From Candidatus Hydrogenedentota bacterium (GTDB lineage Bacteria; Hydrogenedentota; Hydrogenedentia; Hydrogenedentales; SLHB01): a stretch of 64,000 bases of DNA. Position 1 is the first letter of the stretch, and each line of letters starts with the position of its first letter. Below the pieces are notes generated by a model. The model saw only the letters and a list, made by a program, of their open reading frames with translations. It was not told the origin of the DNA and ran no database searches. Positions 60,372 to 64,000 of the stretch are shown piece after piece. A program made the position numbers and the translations under genes. The stretch spans positions 32,001-96,000 of the forward strand of contig BTVY01000013.1 in the NCBI GenBank assembly GCA_045863335.1, written 5' to 3'.

Positions 60372-61655
60372 ATGATTGAAATCGACTGTCCTCATTGCGG
60401 GTTTGCCCTGCGTATCAAAACCAAATACGCGGGCCGCGAGGGCAAGTGTGCGAAGTGCAATGGCCGGCTAACGGTGCCCGCCCTCGCGCCCGCTGAGCCG
60501 CCTCTCCAACGGGAACTGCCCACCCCGAAACCCCGGCACCGGGCCGAGCCTGTCGAGTCGACCGCCCTTGCCGACCTCGAAGACGCGCCTCCACCGAAAC
60601 CGGCAAGACCCGCGCCGGCCCCCGTGTCCACATCGCTAGATGACCTCGATCGCGTGGACGACGATTGGCAGGAGCCGGCCGAGATCGAGAATCTCTTGCG
60701 GGAGCCGCAAGCCCGAAAGACGAGGCATGTCTTGGGGATCGTTGTGGCGGTCGTTCTCGGCATACCGTTTCTCGTGTTTACGCTATACGCCATGGTTAAC
60801 GCCATGGGCAGCGGAGGTGGATCGACAACCGTTGAACCGGCCGCAACCGGTACGGTTGCCGCGCAGGATGCTCCCGCGCCCCAGGTGGCCTTGCGACCGC
60901 CCCAACCTCTCGGCCCCGCGCCCAGCCGCGGCACCCAGTCCAACTCGGCCTACGCAACCACGGGACTGCCGACCTATCCGGGGCTGCAGTTCGCGGCGGC
61001 GCAGAACCAGGAGAATCCCATGTTCTCCACCTTGACCGGCGTGGATCCGGCTTCCGCCCGCACGTTTCGCGCCGTCACGCCAGAGGGCTACGAGGCGGTC
61101 TCGACTGCCTTCTATCAACAATTCGAAGCCCAAGGTTGGACCATCACGAGTTCCGGCTACGGCAACCAGGCGAACAAGGAAGTGTTTATCGTGGCGCAGA
61201 AGGGCAATCAGACCCTGGCGTATTGCACGGTCGCCCATACCGGCGGCACGGCCGTGTTTATTACCATCGCGGGGACTCCGGCATCGGTTGCATCGAGCGC
61301 GCCTTCGGAAGCCCCCATGGTCGCCATACCGCTCCACGAGTTTCCGCACTACCCCGGATTGGAGTTTGCGGGCACTTCGACCTTGCCGGAGTACACCATG
61401 CCTACCGGCAGCAAACCCAACTATCAGGCTGCGTACGAAGGCGTCGTCGCCGCCACGTTCGCCGATGTTTCCGCCTTCTACAAAGATTCCCTGGAAGCCG
61501 AAGGCCGTTGGGCATCGACCAGCTTCACGGAGTCGGACGGGAAGTTCACAGCCAAGGGAGGCCGGGGCGATTTTCGCTACGTGCTGGAGGGTAAACCCGT
61601 CACCCGCGGCACCCATCTCGTGCTTGCCTTCGTCCAGCCCGGTACGCCATTCTGA
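60372..61655 (+). CDS. Zinc-ribbon - TM - duplicated periplasmic domain protein
   Basis: CPHC...CAKC; Pro-rich linker; TM; two P.YPG...FY...G.W repeats. Confidence 0.75.
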   Translation: MIEIDCPHCGFALRIKTKYAGREGKCAKCNGRLTVPALAPAEPPLQRELPTPKPRHRAEPVESTALADLEDAPPPKPARPAPAPVSTSLDDLDRVDDDWQEPAEIENLLREPQARKTRHVLGIVVAVVLGIPFLVFTLYAMVNAMGSGGGSTTVEPAATGTVAAQDAPAPQVALRPPQPLGPAPSRGTQSNSAYATTGLPTYPGLQFAAAQNQENPMFSTLTGVDPASARTFRAVTPEGYEAVSTAFYQQFEAQGWTITSSGYGNQANKEVFIVAQKGNQTLAYCTVAHTGGTAVFITIAGTPASVASSAPSEAPMVAIPLHEFPHYPGLEFAGTSTLPEYTMPTGSKPNYQAAYEGVVAATFADVSAFYKDSLEAEGRWASTSFTESDGKFTAKGGRGDFRYVLEGKPVTRGTHLVLAFVQPGTPF

Positions 61656-61723
61656 GTGGAACCTGCGACGCACGAGTCGCCCACCAATCCGTTTGAGTAA
61701 CAGAGAAACTGGGATCGACAATT

Positions 61724-61752
61724 TCCCCCTTCGAAGGGGGACAAAGGGGGAT
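61724..61752. repeat. CCCCCTT-GAAGGGGG-AAGGGGG short palindromic element
   Basis: TCCCCCTTCGAAGGGGGACAAAGGGGGAT directly upstream of fumC. Confidence 0.55.
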
Positions 61753-61762
61753 GTTCTCCATC

Positions 61763-63154
<1,392 letters not shown>

Positions 63155-63199
63155 GCGCGGAGTATTGAAAGTTAGAGTTTCTAGCGGAGGCCGAATTGG

Positions 63200-63451
63200 A
63201 TGGCTACGTTTACGTTGGAATTGCCCGAGAGTGTGCTTGCCGCCCTGCGTTTAGCGCCAGCGGATTTTCCAGGGGAGCTACGACTTGCGGCGGCCGTTAC
63301 CTGGTATGAAAACGGCAAAGTCCCCCAGGAAATCGCCGCCCAAATAGCAGGGTTGAACCGCACTGATTTTCTGCTCGCACTCGCACGTATGGGGCGCGAC
63401 TCATTTCAGGTGGATACGAATGATTTGGACGAGGAACTTCCGCGTAGATAG
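63200..63451 (+). CDS. UPF0175-family antitoxin
   Basis: ELRLAAA..WYE.GK...E.AA..AGL.R..FL..L. Confidence 0.8.
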   Translation: MATFTLELPESVLAALRLAPADFPGELRLAAAVTWYENGKVPQEIAAQIAGLNRTDFLLALARMGRDSFQVDTNDLDEELPRR

Positions 63452-63464
63452 ACCAGAGTGTGAC

Positions 63465-63602
63465 GTGAAAATCGATTCCGAGATAGAGGCCGCATGGGCC
63501 GCAGAAGCTGAAACCCGCAGACAGGCGATACTCTCCGGCATAACCTTAACGGTGTCAGGTCCTGAAGTCATCGCGCGTCTTCGGGAACGTTACAAACGAT
63601 GA
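63465..63602 (+). pseudogene. C-terminal half of an addiction-module antitoxin
   Basis: EIEAAW..EA..R...I.SG....VSG.EV..RLR; N-terminal helix missing. Confidence 0.6.
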
Positions 63603-63700
63603 CCGTCCGCCTCACGCTAGAGGCAGTTCGAGAACTGGAACCGGCGGCTGCGTACCACGATTCCTGTTCGGCAGAAACTGGTGAGCTTTCATCTGACTGA
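63599..63700 (+). pseudogene. Truncated RelE/ParE-type toxin
   Basis: ATGA-coupled MTVRLTLEAVRELEPAAAYHDSCS..G resembles a ParE N-terminus; stops after 33 codons. Confidence 0.55.
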
Positions 63701-63957
63701 GAGGCTGTTGCTTCACGGCAACTGGGGAATCGTTTCGAAGCGGGCGAAGGACAAACGTTCTGCGCTATGCCTACCATCCTCCCTTTTTCGGGACTTCCCA
63801 GGTGCAAAGGGGTGTTAACTTTAGGTATGATAGGCTAGAATGGCTGCAAGAACGCGGCCGCATGTGCTTGGCCAAGGCAATTCGCAACGCTGAGGAGCGT
63901 ATCCCCGAACTGGGGGACTGTGGGTCCCGTCGCTAAGGGCGGACACACGAGGTAGTT

Positions 63958-64000
63958 ATGGAGTCGACCGGGAGTTCTTCGCCCGCCACGGGCAATGAAC
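63958..64000 (+). CDS. Possible 5' end of a gene running off the window
   Basis: GAGGT SD before ATG 63958; frame open to the window end. Confidence 0.3.
   Translation, partial: MESTGSSSPATGNE

Overview
GC-rich bacterial chromosomal window. The many Tat-exported sulfatases, GH99-like, YfhO and fused spermidine-synthase proteins resemble Candidatus Hydrogenedentota or a similar sugar-degrading lineage; this is inference only. Housekeeping genes (csp, smg-topA, xerC, yjbQ, a stand-alone rplJ-rplL operon with an L10 leader/attenuator, mdh, fumC) alternate with a carbohydrate/sulfate-ester catabolic region, a PAS/GAF hybrid kinase, a vapBC module, a decayed toxin-antitoxin cluster and a BlaI/M56 signalling locus with a perfect operator. 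The most striking element is a ~6 kb two-gene cassette between topA and xerC. It encodes a membrane-spanning DUF4062(TIR-like)-TM-TPR protein translationally coupled to a 1422-aa lipoprotein TPR-CHAT (caspase-like) protease. Both carry a similar DD-x-x-T-R linker motif, suggesting a periplasmic protease-to-cytoplasmic TIR-like effector system. Also found: a 29-aa hydrophobic peptide gene below the ORF-track cutoff with its own promoter, RBS and terminator, and five families of short repeat elements in intergenic regions. No rRNA, tRNA, CRISPR array or transposase was recognised. All family assignments come from motif recognition, not database searches.
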